From an uncultured Planctomycetaceae bacterium (GTDB lineage Bacteria; Planctomycetota; Planctomycetia; Isosphaerales; Isosphaeraceae): a stretch of 64,000 bases of DNA. Shown in pieces: positions 21,758 through 31,852 of this stretch. The position numbers and the translations under genes are program-made. Position 1 is the first letter of the stretch. The number at the start of each line of letters is the position of its first letter. The notes beneath the pieces were generated by a model. The model ran no database searches. It saw only the letters and a list, made by a program, of their open reading frames with translations, and had not been told where the DNA came from. Location: the NCBI GenBank assembly GCA_963833985.1, contig CAWIAD010000002.1, forward strand, positions 1,696,001 to 1,760,000, read 5' to 3'.

Positions 21758-23826
21758 TCAGTCCTGCCTGCGCCGGCCGGCTCGGGACTTCGCCTTGGCT
21801 TTCGCCCGGGCGCGGCGCTCTGCGCCTGGGGGCTGGCGGCCGGCCGCGCTGTGCCGCCCGAGGATTCCGAGCGGAGGCTCATGATCCGGTCGCGCAGGGC
21901 GGCAGCCCGCTCGAATTCCAGCTTCTCGGCGGCCTCGAGCATCTCCGCCTCCAGGGCAGTGATGTACTCCTCGTTGGCCTCGGTGACCTCGTCGCGGCCG
22001 ACCGCCTGACGGACGACCTGCCGCGCCTGGGTCTCTTCCTCGATCCCCCTCCGGATCGCCTTGCGGATTGACTCCGGTGTGATGCCGTGCTCGGCATTGT
22101 AGGCGATCTGAAGTGCCCGGCGGCGGGAGGTCTCGTCCATGGCGCGCTGCATGGACGGGGTGACCTTGTCGGCATAGAGAACCACCTCGGCGTTGATGTG
22201 CCGGGCGGAACGGCCGATGGTCTGGATCAGCGAGGTCTCGCTACGCAGGAAGCCTTCCTTGTCGGCGTCGAGGATGCAGACCATCGAGACCTCGGGAAGG
22301 TCCAGCCCCTCGCGCAGCAGGTTCACGCCCACCAGGGCGTCGAACGCGCCCTCGCGCAGCTCGCGGAGGATCGTCACGCGCTCGATGGCGTCCAGCTCCG
22401 AGTGCAGCCACTTGCAGCGCAGGCCCTGTTCCTTCAGGTAGCGCGTGAGATCCTCGGCCAGCCGCTTGGTGAGCGTGGTGATGAGCACCCGCTCGCCTCG
22501 CTCCGCCCGCTTCCGGGCCTCTCCCAGAAGCGCCGGCACCTGGCCCCGCGCCGGCTCCACGCGCACCAGCGGATCCACCAGGCCGGTGGGGCGGATCACC
22601 TGCTCGACCACCTCGCCGCCGGACATGGCCACCTCGTAGTCGGCCGGTGTGGCCGATACGAACAGCTTGCGGTGGAACTTCTGCTCCCACTCGTCGATGC
22701 GCAGGGGCCGGTTGTCCAGCGCGCTGGGCAGGCGGAACCCGTGCTCCACCAGCGTGAGCTTGCGGCTGTGGTCGCCGGCGAACATGCCGCGGATCTGGGG
22801 CACCGTCACGTGCGACTCGTCCAGGATCAGCAGGCTGTCCGCCGGGAAGAAGTCGAGCAGCGTGTTGGGAGTCTCGCCGGGCTTGCGTCCGGAGAGATGG
22901 CGGGAATAGTTCTCGATGCCCGAGCAGTAGCCAACCTCCAGCAGCATCTCCATGTCGTAGCGCGTCCGCGCGGCCAGCCGCTGGGCCTCGAGCAGCTTGC
23001 CCTGCTCCTTCAGCTCCTGGAGCCTTCGCTCCAGCTCGCCACCAATCGCCTCGACGGCCCCCTGGATGCGCTCCTCCGGCAGCACGAAATGCTTGGCCGG
23101 GTAGATGTACATCTCGTCGTGGGTTTCCAGCACCTGGCCCGTGAGCGGGTCGATCGTCGCCAGCCGCTCGAGCTCGTCGCCGAACAGCTCGATGCGGTAG
23201 CCGATTTCCTCGTACGCCGGCCAGAGCTCAACCACGTCGCCCCGCACCCGGAACTTGCCGCGCTCGAAGGACACGTCGTTGCGGTCGTACTGGATGTCCA
23301 CGAATCTCAGGAGCATCTCGTCGCGGTCGACCGAGTTCCCCCTGCGCAGATGGACCATCATCTTGCGATAGTCCTCCGGTGAGCCCAGACCGTAAATGCA
23401 GGAGACGCTCGCCACCACGATCACGTCGGGCCGGCTCACCAGGGCACTGGTGCAGGCCAGCCGCAGCCGCTCGATCTCCTCATTGATCGAGGCATCCTTC
23501 TCGATGTAGATGTCGCGCTGGGGGATATAGGCTTCGGGCTGGTAGTAGTCGTAATAGCTCACGAAGTAGCGGACGGCGTTGTGCGGGAAGAACTCCCGGA
23601 ACTCGGCGTAGAGCTGGGCCGCGAGCGTCTTGTTGTGCGACATCACCAGCGCCGGCTTGCCATACTGGGCAATCACGTTCGCCATGGTGAAGGTCTTGCC
23701 GGAGCCTGTCACTCCCAGGAGCGTTTGATGAAGCTTGCCCTCGTTCAGCCCCTCGACAAGCTTCGCAATCGCCTGGGGCTGGTCGCCGGCGGGCGCAAAA
23801 GGGCTGGCAAGCTGAAACGGGGACAT
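21758..23826 (-). CDS. uvrB: Excinuclease ABC subunit B; probable frameshift near 21812 in the basic tail
   Basis: [41 protein letters not shown] and FERAAALRD. Correcting one base gives ...[15 protein letters not shown] ending at 21758. Confidence 0.96.
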
Positions 23827-24036
23827 AAGCTTTGGACCTTCGAGGATGGGACTTCGACCCGGATCGTGTTATTATTTACACTGGATGAGGGACTGCCAAC
23901 CGCAATCCGATTCGCCCGGCCGCGATTACGAGCAGCCGATTCGCGGGGAATCCGCCGGCGCGGGGGCAATCGGCCTGGAGAGTCCGGATGAGTGGATCGA
24001 GGTTCCCCGGGGAGAGTCTTGCCAGGAGGCGCCGCC

Positions 24037-24789
24037 ATGCCCATTCATGACTGGACACGCGCGACCGCGGGAACCTGGCACGATTTCCATCTGGCCTGGA
24101 TCGCCGAGATTCGCAACGCACTGAACGGCGGCCTGCTGCCCGCCAGCTATTACGCCCAGGCCGAGCAAATTGCCGGTCCGCTGGGACCCGACGTGCTGAC
24201 CTTGCAGGCCGCCGAGCTTTCCGCCGGCGCCGCGCTGGAGGATACGCCCGGCGGGGGACTGGCCGTGGCGATGGTGCCGCCCCGAGCCAGGCTGGTCGAC
24301 GAGGTCGAGCTCAGCCAGTACGCGTGGAAACGGAGGACGCTGGTGATTCGCCATGCCAGCGGAGACCGGATCGTCGCGCTGGTGGAGTTGGTATCGCCGG
24401 GCAACAAGTCGGCGCGGTACGCGCTGGAGGCATTTGTGGAGAAGGCCGTCGAGGCCCTGGTGCGCGGCTATCACCTGTTGATCGTGGACCTGTTTCCGCC
24501 CACGGTGCGTGATCCCAACGGCATTCACGCGGCGATCTGGTCGCGGCTTGACGGCAATTCGTACACCCTGCCGCGAGAGCAGCCGTTAACCCTGGCGGCG
24601 TACTCGGCCGGCGCTGTGAAGCAGGCGTACGTGGAGGCGACGGCGGTGGGCCGGCCGTTGCTCGAGATGCCACTTTTCCTGGAGCCGGAAACGTACATCA
24701 ACGTTCCCCTGGAAGAGACCTACACCGCCGCATACCGGGGTGTACCCCAGCGCTGGAAGCGCGTGCTCGAAGCGAGCCAAACAGCATAG
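24037..24789 (+). CDS. DUF4058 family protein, copy 1
   Basis: MPIHDWTR..AG..HDFH..WI, ELVSPGNK and HLLIVDLFPP, typical of this planctomycete family. AGGAGG RBS. Confidence 0.8.
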   Translation: MPIHDWTRATAGTWHDFHLAWIAEIRNALNGGLLPASYYAQAEQIAGPLGPDVLTLQAAELSAGAALEDTPGGGLAVAMVPPRARLVDEVELSQYAWKRRTLVIRHASGDRIVALVELVSPGNKSARYALEAFVEKAVEALVRGYHLLIVDLFPPTVRDPNGIHAAIWSRLDGNSYTLPREQPLTLAAYSAGAVKQAYVEATAVGRPLLEMPLFLEPETYINVPLEETYTAAYRGVPQRWKRVLEASQTA

Positions 24790-25026
24790 CATGCCCGAAG
24801 CGGAAACGGGGACATGAGCTTCGGACCTTCGAGGACGGGACTTCGACCAGGACCGTGTTATTATTAACACTGGATGAGGGACTGGCATCCGCGATTCGAC
24901 ACGCCCGGCCAGGATTCCGAGCAGCCGATTCGCGGGGACTGCACCAGCCCGAGGGCAATCGACCCGGAGAACGCATGATGGGTGTATCGAGGTTCCCCGG
25001 CGAGAGTCTTGCCAGGAGGCGCCGCC

Positions 25027-25779
25027 ATGCCCATTCATGACTGGACGCGAGTGACCGCCGGAACCTGGCATGCCTTTCATTTGAGCTGGATCGCGGAGAT
25101 TCAGCTCGCGCTCAACGGCGGCCTGCTGCCCGCCAGCTATTACGCCCAGGCCGAGCAAATTGCCGGTCCGCTGGGACCCGACGTGCTGACCTTGCAGGCC
25201 GCCGAGCTTTCCGCCGGCGCCGCGCTGGAGGATACGCCCGGCGGGGGACTGGCCGTGGCGATGGTGCCGCCCCGAGCCAGGCTGGTCGACGAGGTCGAGC
25301 TCAGCCAGTACGCGTGGAAACGGAGGACGCTGGTGATCCGCCATGCCAGCGGAGACCGGATCGTCGCGCTGGTGGAGTTGGTATCGCCGGGCAACAAGTC
25401 GGCGCGGTACGCGCTGGAGGCATTTGTGGAGAAGGCCGTCGAGGCCCTGGTGCGCGGCTATCACCTGTTGATCGTGGACCTGTTTCCGCCCACGGTGCGT
25501 GATCCCAACGGCATTCACGCGGCGATCTGGTCGCGGCTTGACGGCAATTCGTACACCCTGCCGCGAGAGCAGCCGTTAACCCTGGCGGCGTACTCGGCCG
25601 GCGCTGTGAAGCAGGCGTACGTGGAGGCGACGGCGGTGGGCCGGCCGTTGCTCGAGATGCCACTTTTCCTGGAGCCGGAAACGTACATCAACGTTCCCCT
25701 GGAAGAGACCTACACCGCCGCATACCGGGGTGTACCCCAGCGCTGGAAGCGCGTGCTCGAAGCGAGCCAAACATCGTAG
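25027..25779 (+). CDS. DUF4058 family protein, copy 2
   Basis: Near-identical to copy 1 from codon ~30 onward. Confidence 0.8.
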   Translation: MPIHDWTRVTAGTWHAFHLSWIAEIQLALNGGLLPASYYAQAEQIAGPLGPDVLTLQAAELSAGAALEDTPGGGLAVAMVPPRARLVDEVELSQYAWKRRTLVIRHASGDRIVALVELVSPGNKSARYALEAFVEKAVEALVRGYHLLIVDLFPPTVRDPNGIHAAIWSRLDGNSYTLPREQPLTLAAYSAGAVKQAYVEATAVGRPLLEMPLFLEPETYINVPLEETYTAAYRGVPQRWKRVLEASQTS

Positions 25780-25951
25780 CATGCCCGAAGCGGCGTGCTC
25801 TCATACGACGGGCGGATACTTTGCACCTTTCATCGGGCTGGCGACGTATTCAAGGATATCGGGTCATCGGAAAACCAGGCTCTCCGGGACCGCCGACGGC
25901 GATCACGGTACCTGTTTCCTTTCCCAGAAAACGCAATACGGGAGCAAGTCA

Positions 25952-26845
25952 ATGAACAATCGTGTCACTCGGCTCACCCGGGGTTCCTTCTCGAAGGCTC
26001 TGCTCGCCCTTGGCCTGGCAGCGTGGGTCTTCTCAGGTTCGTCTGCGTTTGCTCATGGTGGAGGCGGTGGCGGAGGCGGCCATGGAGGCGGTGGCATGGG
26101 CGGTGGCCACATGGGCGGGGGCATGGGCGGCGGGCACATGGGCGGGGGCTGGGGCGGTGGGCACATGGGCGGGGGCTGGGGCGGTGGGGGCATGGGATAC
26201 CACCATCCTGGCGGGGGTTACTATGGAGGGTACGGAGGAGGCGGCGGCGCGTACTTTTACCCCGGCTTCCTCGGCGGCATCGGGCTCGGCGGCCTGTACG
26301 GCCTTGGATACGGCTACGGTTTTGGTTACGGACCAGGCTACGGACTCGGTTCCTTCGGCTACGGAAACGGCTACGGCTCCGGCGGCTATTACCCGTCCAG
26401 CTACTACCCGTACTCGTGGAACTACGGCTACGGAAATGGCTATAACCCCTACTCGTACACGACAAGCTATCCTGTAGGAAGTTACGCGCCGGGCTACATT
26501 TACCCGACCCAGAGCGCACCGTCGGGCGTGGTCGGCGTGCAGTCCACAGTACCCGTGACGCTCACGGCCGTTCCGCAGGGCAAGCTGCTGGGGATCGATG
26601 AGGTCGCCGTGAAGGACTCTGAAGGCCAGGGCATGCGGGTGGATAAGGTTTATCCCGGGTCCGCGGCGGAACAGGCTGGGCTGAAGGTTGGCGACGTGAT
26701 CCACCAGGCCAATGGTTACTTGACCCAGGTTCATGGCAATCTGACGTGGATCATCAACCATCACGCAGGCAACGGCGTGCTGAACCTGAGCGTTCACCGG
26801 GCCGCAAGCAACCGTGACACCGTCGTCGTGGCCAAGCTACGGTGA
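25952..26845 (+). CDS. Secreted Gly/Tyr-rich low-complexity protein with a C-terminal PDZ domain
   Basis: Signal peptide ending SAFA, GGGHMGGGW repeats, a G/Y-rich tract and the PDZ motif VYPGSAAEQAGLKVGDVI. Confidence 0.82.
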   Translation: MNNRVTRLTRGSFSKALLALGLAAWVFSGSSAFAHGGGGGGGGHGGGGMGGGHMGGGMGGGHMGGGWGGGHMGGGWGGGGMGYHHPGGGYYGGYGGGGGAYFYPGFLGGIGLGGLYGLGYGYGFGYGPGYGLGSFGYGNGYGSGGYYPSSYYPYSWNYGYGNGYNPYSYTTSYPVGSYAPGYIYPTQSAPSGVVGVQSTVPVTLTAVPQGKLLGIDEVAVKDSEGQGMRVDKVYPGSAAEQAGLKVGDVIHQANGYLTQVHGNLTWIINHHAGNGVLNLSVHRAASNRDTVVVAKLR

Positions 26846-27334
26846 CGCGGCAGCAGCCTCTGGCCCTCGGACCAGCGGGACTGGCCCGGGGGCTTTGAGG
26901 TTGCCGCGGATCGCCAGCGTGATGGGCCGCTCGCGCTGGGCTGGAATTCGCAGGTGAGGCGCGATCCGGGCGAGCGTCGCGGGACCCAGTCCGCGGACAC
27001 GCCGGCGGAGATCCGCAATCGATTCGAACGGCCGGACGCGCCGTTGCTCAACCGCCTGCTTCACCAGGCTTGGCCCGACGTGCGGCAAGGCCTCCAGCAC
27101 CTGCGGGGGTACCGTGTTCGGGTCGACAACCAGGATGGGAATGACCCGCCATGCCCGGCGCGAGGAGGGCGCGGGGCTCGCGAACCGCAGCGACACTCCA
27201 GCAAGTAGCAGCAGGACCGCGAGAAGCACCCGAGACCGCGCCGGAAAGGGCCAGGAGATGACCGTCCGCCGGGAAGCCGCTTCTTCCTCGCAGTTTCTGG
27301 ATGCGCTGGACATCCGTTCCATAAACCTTGTCAA
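26837..27334 (-). CDS. ComEA-like helix-hairpin-helix DNA-binding membrane protein
   Basis: TM segment, then VDPNT, LEALPHVGPSL and RVRGLGPATL (two HhH motifs). Confidence 0.8.
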   Translation of the reverse strand: MTRFMERMSSASRNCEEEAASRRTVISWPFPARSRVLLAVLLLLAGVSLRFASPAPSSRRAWRVIPILVVDPNTVPPQVLEALPHVGPSLVKQAVEQRRVRPFESIADLRRRVRGLGPATLARIAPHLRIPAQRERPITLAIRGNLKAPGPVPLVRGPEAAAASP

Positions 27335-27499
27335 ATAAACGGTTTAGCGAGGCAGTCACGCTCATCAGCCTACATCGCCGGGGATGCAGGTTCAAGCGGA
27401 GAGCACGCTGATCATGCGAGGAGTCAATCCTCGTGGAGCCATGCAGCCTGGACCGATTGTCGATCTCGGTTCCCATTGGTGGTCCGGGCGGGAGAAAGG

Positions 27500-27850
27500 T
27501 TATTCGGACCTGCTCCGCCGTCCAGGTGGTTTGCCGCCAGCGCGGATGGCCTCCTCGAGCAGGAATGTCCAGTAAGCGGGCTGGGACCGTGCCATCCGCC
27601 ACTCTTGCTGGATTGCCGTGCAGACCCCACGCGCAGGGCCTGCGGGTTCCTCTCGCTCGGTGATGATTGCCAGGAGTGCGGCGTCCATGGCGTCGGGCTC
27701 CGGGTCCAGAGCGATCAGGCGGTTGAGGATGTGCTGTCGCAGGGATTCGCCGGCCAGGTCCGCTTGCTGGTCCCGTGCACGTGCGCGAGGAGGTGCTCCG
27801 CTGGAAGCCAGCAGCACGCACGCGAAGTCGCCGGGGCGAAGTTCCTGCAT
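27500..27850 (-). CDS. Hypothetical protein
   Basis: Protein-like composition; divergent from putA. Confidence 0.6.
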   Translation of the reverse strand: MQELRPGDFACVLLASSGAPPRARARDQQADLAGESLRQHILNRLIALDPEPDAMDAALLAIITEREEPAGPARGVCTAIQQEWRMARSQPAYWTFLLEEAIRAGGKPPGRRSRSE

Positions 27851-27973
27851 GGGAGTCGTTCGGAGGCCGCCCGCAATCGCGGGATCTCAAGTCCTGCCCG
27901 CGAGCGTACAATACAGAAGGGTGCCGTGACCAGGGCCAGGGCCGTGCCGTCCCCTTCAGGAGTACTCAAGTCC

Positions 27974-30900
27974 ATGGCGACCGTATCGGACTCGAGCGTT
28001 GCGCGCTCGGGTGCAACGCCCCACGCGGGGGCGATCGATGCCGACGTGCTGGAGCGGAAAACCCGTGAGATCGGCCGTGAACTCCTGGAACGCATGGGCC
28101 GCGGTCCCGCGTTCTGGCAAAGGGGATGGTGGGACGATCGATTGATGACCTGGACGCTCGATGATCCGGACGTCCGGGTTCAGCTCTTCCGTTTCATCGA
28201 CGCCCTGCCCGCGCTGCGGTCGGCCGGGTCGGTACGCAGGCACCTGGCCGAATACCTCGACGAGGCGGGCTCGAACGTGCCCTGGTGGCTGGGGCAGGCG
28301 GTCGCGCTGGCGCCCCCAGGAACCGATCGCGAAACGCTCATGGCCTGGACGGCCCGTTTGGCGGCCGGCCTGATGGCCCGCAAGTTCATTGCGGGGGCCA
28401 CGCCGGACGAGGCCACGAAGACGGTCCTGAACCTGCGAGCCCGCTCGCTCGGGTTCACGGCCGACCTGCTCGGCGAGGCGGTCATCAGCGAGGCCGAGGC
28501 AGACGCCTACCAGCAAACCTGCCTGGAGCTGATCCGCGGGCTGGCCGGACCACTCCACACCGCCCCCGAGGTGCCGCTCATCGACCGCGACCAGCGCGGG
28601 CCGATCCGCGCGTGAACCTCTCTCTCAAGCTGTCGAGCCTGACCACCCACTTTGACCCGATTCATACGGAAACGACCCTGGCCAGCGTGGCCGGACGGCT
28701 GCGGCCCATTCTGCGCACTGCGCGAGAGCTGGGCGGGTACGTCCACGTGGACATGGAACAGTATTCCACTCGCTCGCTCACCTACGAGATCTTCCAGCGG
28801 GTCCTGGCCGAACCGGAGTTTCGCGACTGGCCCGATGTCGGCATTGTGGTGCAAGCCTACCAGCCCGAGGCCGAGGACGAGCTGGGCATCCTTCTGGAAT
28901 GGGTGCGGACGCGGGGCACCCCGATCACCATCCGGCTGGTCAAGGGGGCCTACTGGGATTACGAGGTCCTGACCGCCCGGCGAACCGGCTGGCCCGAGCC
29001 GGTGTTTCTGCAAAAGTGGCAGAGCGACGCCATGTACGAGCGCTGTTCGAGGTTCCTGATCGCAAATCACGAACGGCTTCGCCCCGCGTTTGGCAGCCAC
29101 AATGTACGCAGCCTGGCCCATGCCATTGCGGCCGCGGAGCTGGCCGGGATCGACCGGTCCGGCATCGAGCTTCAGACCCTGCACGGCATGGGCGACGTGA
29201 TCCAGTCCGCACTGGTCGCGCGCGGGCACCGGGTCCGCGTTTACACGCCTTATGGTGCCATGCTCCCGGGGATGGCGTACCTGGTACGCCGGCTCCTGGA
29301 AAACACGTCGAATGAGTCGTTCTTGAAGGCCACTACCGCCGACCGCGCAGGTGGACGCGCTGCTGCGCAATCCTCAGGAGCTTGGGACGATGCCGACCCG
29401 GACGCGACGAACCATGGTCGAGAAACCCGACGGCGTGCAAGGACCCGGCCCGTTCCGCAACGAGCCGGTGACCGATTTCGCACGGGCCGAGAGCCGCCAG
29501 GCCATGGCCAGCGCCATCACGGCGGTCTGGCAGCAACTGGGCCAGAGCTATCCGCTGCTGATCGGCGGCCGGGAAATCGGCGAAGACGTCGCTCGGCTTG
29601 ATGCATACGATCCGAGCCATCGCTCACGGATCGTCAGCCGGACCGCGGCCGCGACGGCCGGGCATGCCCGCGAGGCCATCGCCGTGTCGCGTTCCGCGTT
29701 TCCGTCGTGGGCAGGCACGCCGGCGCGCGTGCGTGCGGCTGTGCTCCTCAAGGCTGCCGAGATCCTCCGCCGGCGCCGCTTCGAGCTGGCCGCCTGGGAG
29801 ATCTTTGAATGTGCCAAGCCCTGGCGTGAGGCCGACGCCGACGTGGCCGAGGCGATCGACTTCTGTGAATTCTATGCTCGCGAGATGATCCGCCTGGACG
29901 TGCCCAGGCGGCGCGACGTTCCCGGTGAAACCAACGCCAGCGAACACTTGCCGCGCGGAGTCGCCGTGGTGATCCCCCCGTGGAACTTCCCGCTGGCCAT
30001 TCCCTGCGGCATGACCGTCGCGGCGCTGGTGGCCGGCAACACGGTGGTGCTGAAACCGGCCGAGCAAGCGCCCGTGATGTGCTGGCACCTGGTGCAAATT
30101 CTCCACGAGGCCGGAGTTCCGCCCGCCGCCCTGAATTACCTGCCGGGGCGGGGCGAAGAGTCCGGCCAGGCGCTGGTGAACGATCCCGGCGTGGACCTGG
30201 TCGCCTTCACCGGCTCCCGCGAGGTGGGTTTGCTGATCAATCGCCAGGCTGCCGAGACGCAGCACGGGCAGGACCACGTGAAGCGCGTGATCGCCGAGAT
30301 GGGGGGAAAGAACGCGATCATCGTCGATGACGATGCCGACCTGGACGAGGCAGTCGTGGGCGTGGTGCAAAGCGCGTTCGGCTATTCCGGTCAAAAATGC
30401 TCGGCGTGCTCGCGGGTGATCGTGCTGGAAGGCATTCACGACGCCTTCCTGGCGCGGCTGGTCGAGGCGGCCCGGTCCATCACCATCGGCCCGGCGGACG
30501 ACCCCGAGACGATCGTCGGCCCGGTCATCGACGCCGAGGCACGCAGGCGGATCGACGAATATCGCCGCCTCGCCGCCCAGGAGGGCCGGGTGGTGCTTGA
30601 CCTTCCGGTGGGCGCACTCGGAGACGTGGGAACCTATGTGGGCCCACTCATCGTGGCCGACGTCGCACCCTCCGCGCGGATCGCCCAGGAAGAGATCTTC
30701 GGTCCCGTGCTGGCCGTTCTGAAGGCGAGCGATCTGACCGCAGCCCTGGAGATTGCCAATGGAACAGAATACGCCCTCACGGGCGGTCTCTACTCGCGCA
30801 GCCCGGTGAACATTGACCGCGTGAAACGCGAGTTCCGGGTCGGGAACCTGTACATCAACCGGGGAATCACGGGTGCAGCCGTTGATCGGCACCCGTTTGG

Positions 30901-31057
30901 CGGTTTCAAGCTCTCGGGCATCGGCACCAAGGCGGGCGGCTCGGACTATCTGCTCGAGTTCCTGCTCAGCCGCAGCATCACCGAGAACACGATGCGGCGC
31001 GGTTTCGCGCCCGAGGACCTGAGCGCGGCCGCCACCGCGGCTGCCGGTGGTGCGTGA
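27974..31057 (+). CDS. putA: Bifunctional proline dehydrogenase / P5C dehydrogenase; frameshifts ~28610 and ~29335
   Basis: QLFRFIDALP, DLLGEA, HVDMEQ, RLVKGAYWDYE, YLVRRLLENTSN, PWNFP, FTGS, EMGGKNA, GQKCSACSR and EEIFGP. Confidence 0.95.
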
Positions 31058-31093
31058 TCCCGGACCGGCGCGGCCGGCCGGAGCTCGATTTCG

Positions 31094-31609
31094 TCACCCG
31101 GCCCTGCGCCGGGGATGCCGATGTCCCGGCTGATCGGGACTCGTGGCGACCGGCCGTGCGAAATCCGCGACCACGGGCTCTTCCAGCCGTGCGAACTCGG
31201 GATAGGCCATCTCGATGCCCAGGTGCCGCATGTTCGTGGGAAAGAGAACCTCCGCCGCATCGCTGAGACGACAATCCACGAGCGTGCGGAGCTGGTAGAG
31301 CCGGCCGAAGGGCGGGATCGCGCCCGGCTCGCAGTCGTGGAAGATGCTGTCAATCTCGGCCTCACTGGCCAGCTTCAGCTCCCGCGGTTCGAACCCGAGA
31401 GCCTGGCCAAGCCGCGCCAGATCCACCTGCGACGTTGCCGGCAGGACCGCCAGCAAGTGCTCTCCTTTTGCCGAGACGAGCACCGTCTTGGCCACACGTC
31501 GACCCGGGATATGCAGGCTGGCGGCAAGCCGCGCCGCCGAGGATGACGGCCGGTGCAGGCGGGCCTGGAAGCGGGCGGAGCGGCTGCGCAGGTAGTCCAG
31601 GACATACAT
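31094..31609 (-). CDS. YbaK/EbsC family aminoacyl-tRNA deacylase
   Basis: VAKTVLV, LASEAEI and DCEPGAIPPFG. Confidence 0.88.
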   Translation of the reverse strand: MYVLDYLRSRSARFQARLHRPSSSAARLAASLHIPGRRVAKTVLVSAKGEHLLAVLPATSQVDLARLGQALGFEPRELKLASEAEIDSIFHDCEPGAIPPFGRLYQLRTLVDCRLSDAAEVLFPTNMRHLGIEMAYPEFARLEEPVVADFARPVATSPDQPGHRHPRRRAG

Positions 31610-31852
31610 GAGGTGTCGCCTCCAAGGGATGGGTTCCTGGATGAAGTATAGTTCACCCCGGTAAACCTGGAGGCTTGTGCCGATGATTCACCTCGCCGCG
31701 CATTCCGTGTAACTGAAATGGTTGAAAGAATCGGTTGCAAAGCGGTCGGGTCTCGACAAATGATCACGGCTCCGTGTGCCAGGGCCGCGGTTCGAATGGG
31801 TCATTGTGAGTTTCGGCTCTGGCAGGACGAGGTCTCTGAACCGGGAGGCCAG

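Larger units (their letters stand above)
23815..25793. repeat. Tandem duplication with a ~990 bp period (uvrB 5' end/upstream region plus DUF4058 gene)
   Basis: Equivalent ATGs at 24037 and 25027. Upstream regions and first ~30 codons are diverged; the remainder is almost identical. Confidence 0.95.

Noticed and set aside
24037..25779. Diversity-generating retroelement template/variable repeat pair
   Set aside because: No reverse transcriptase nearby, and the differences are not adenine-specific.
27974..31057. Split putA or programmed frameshifting
   Set aside because: Breaks fall inside conserved domains or linkers with no slippery-site pattern, and similar indels occur throughout the window.
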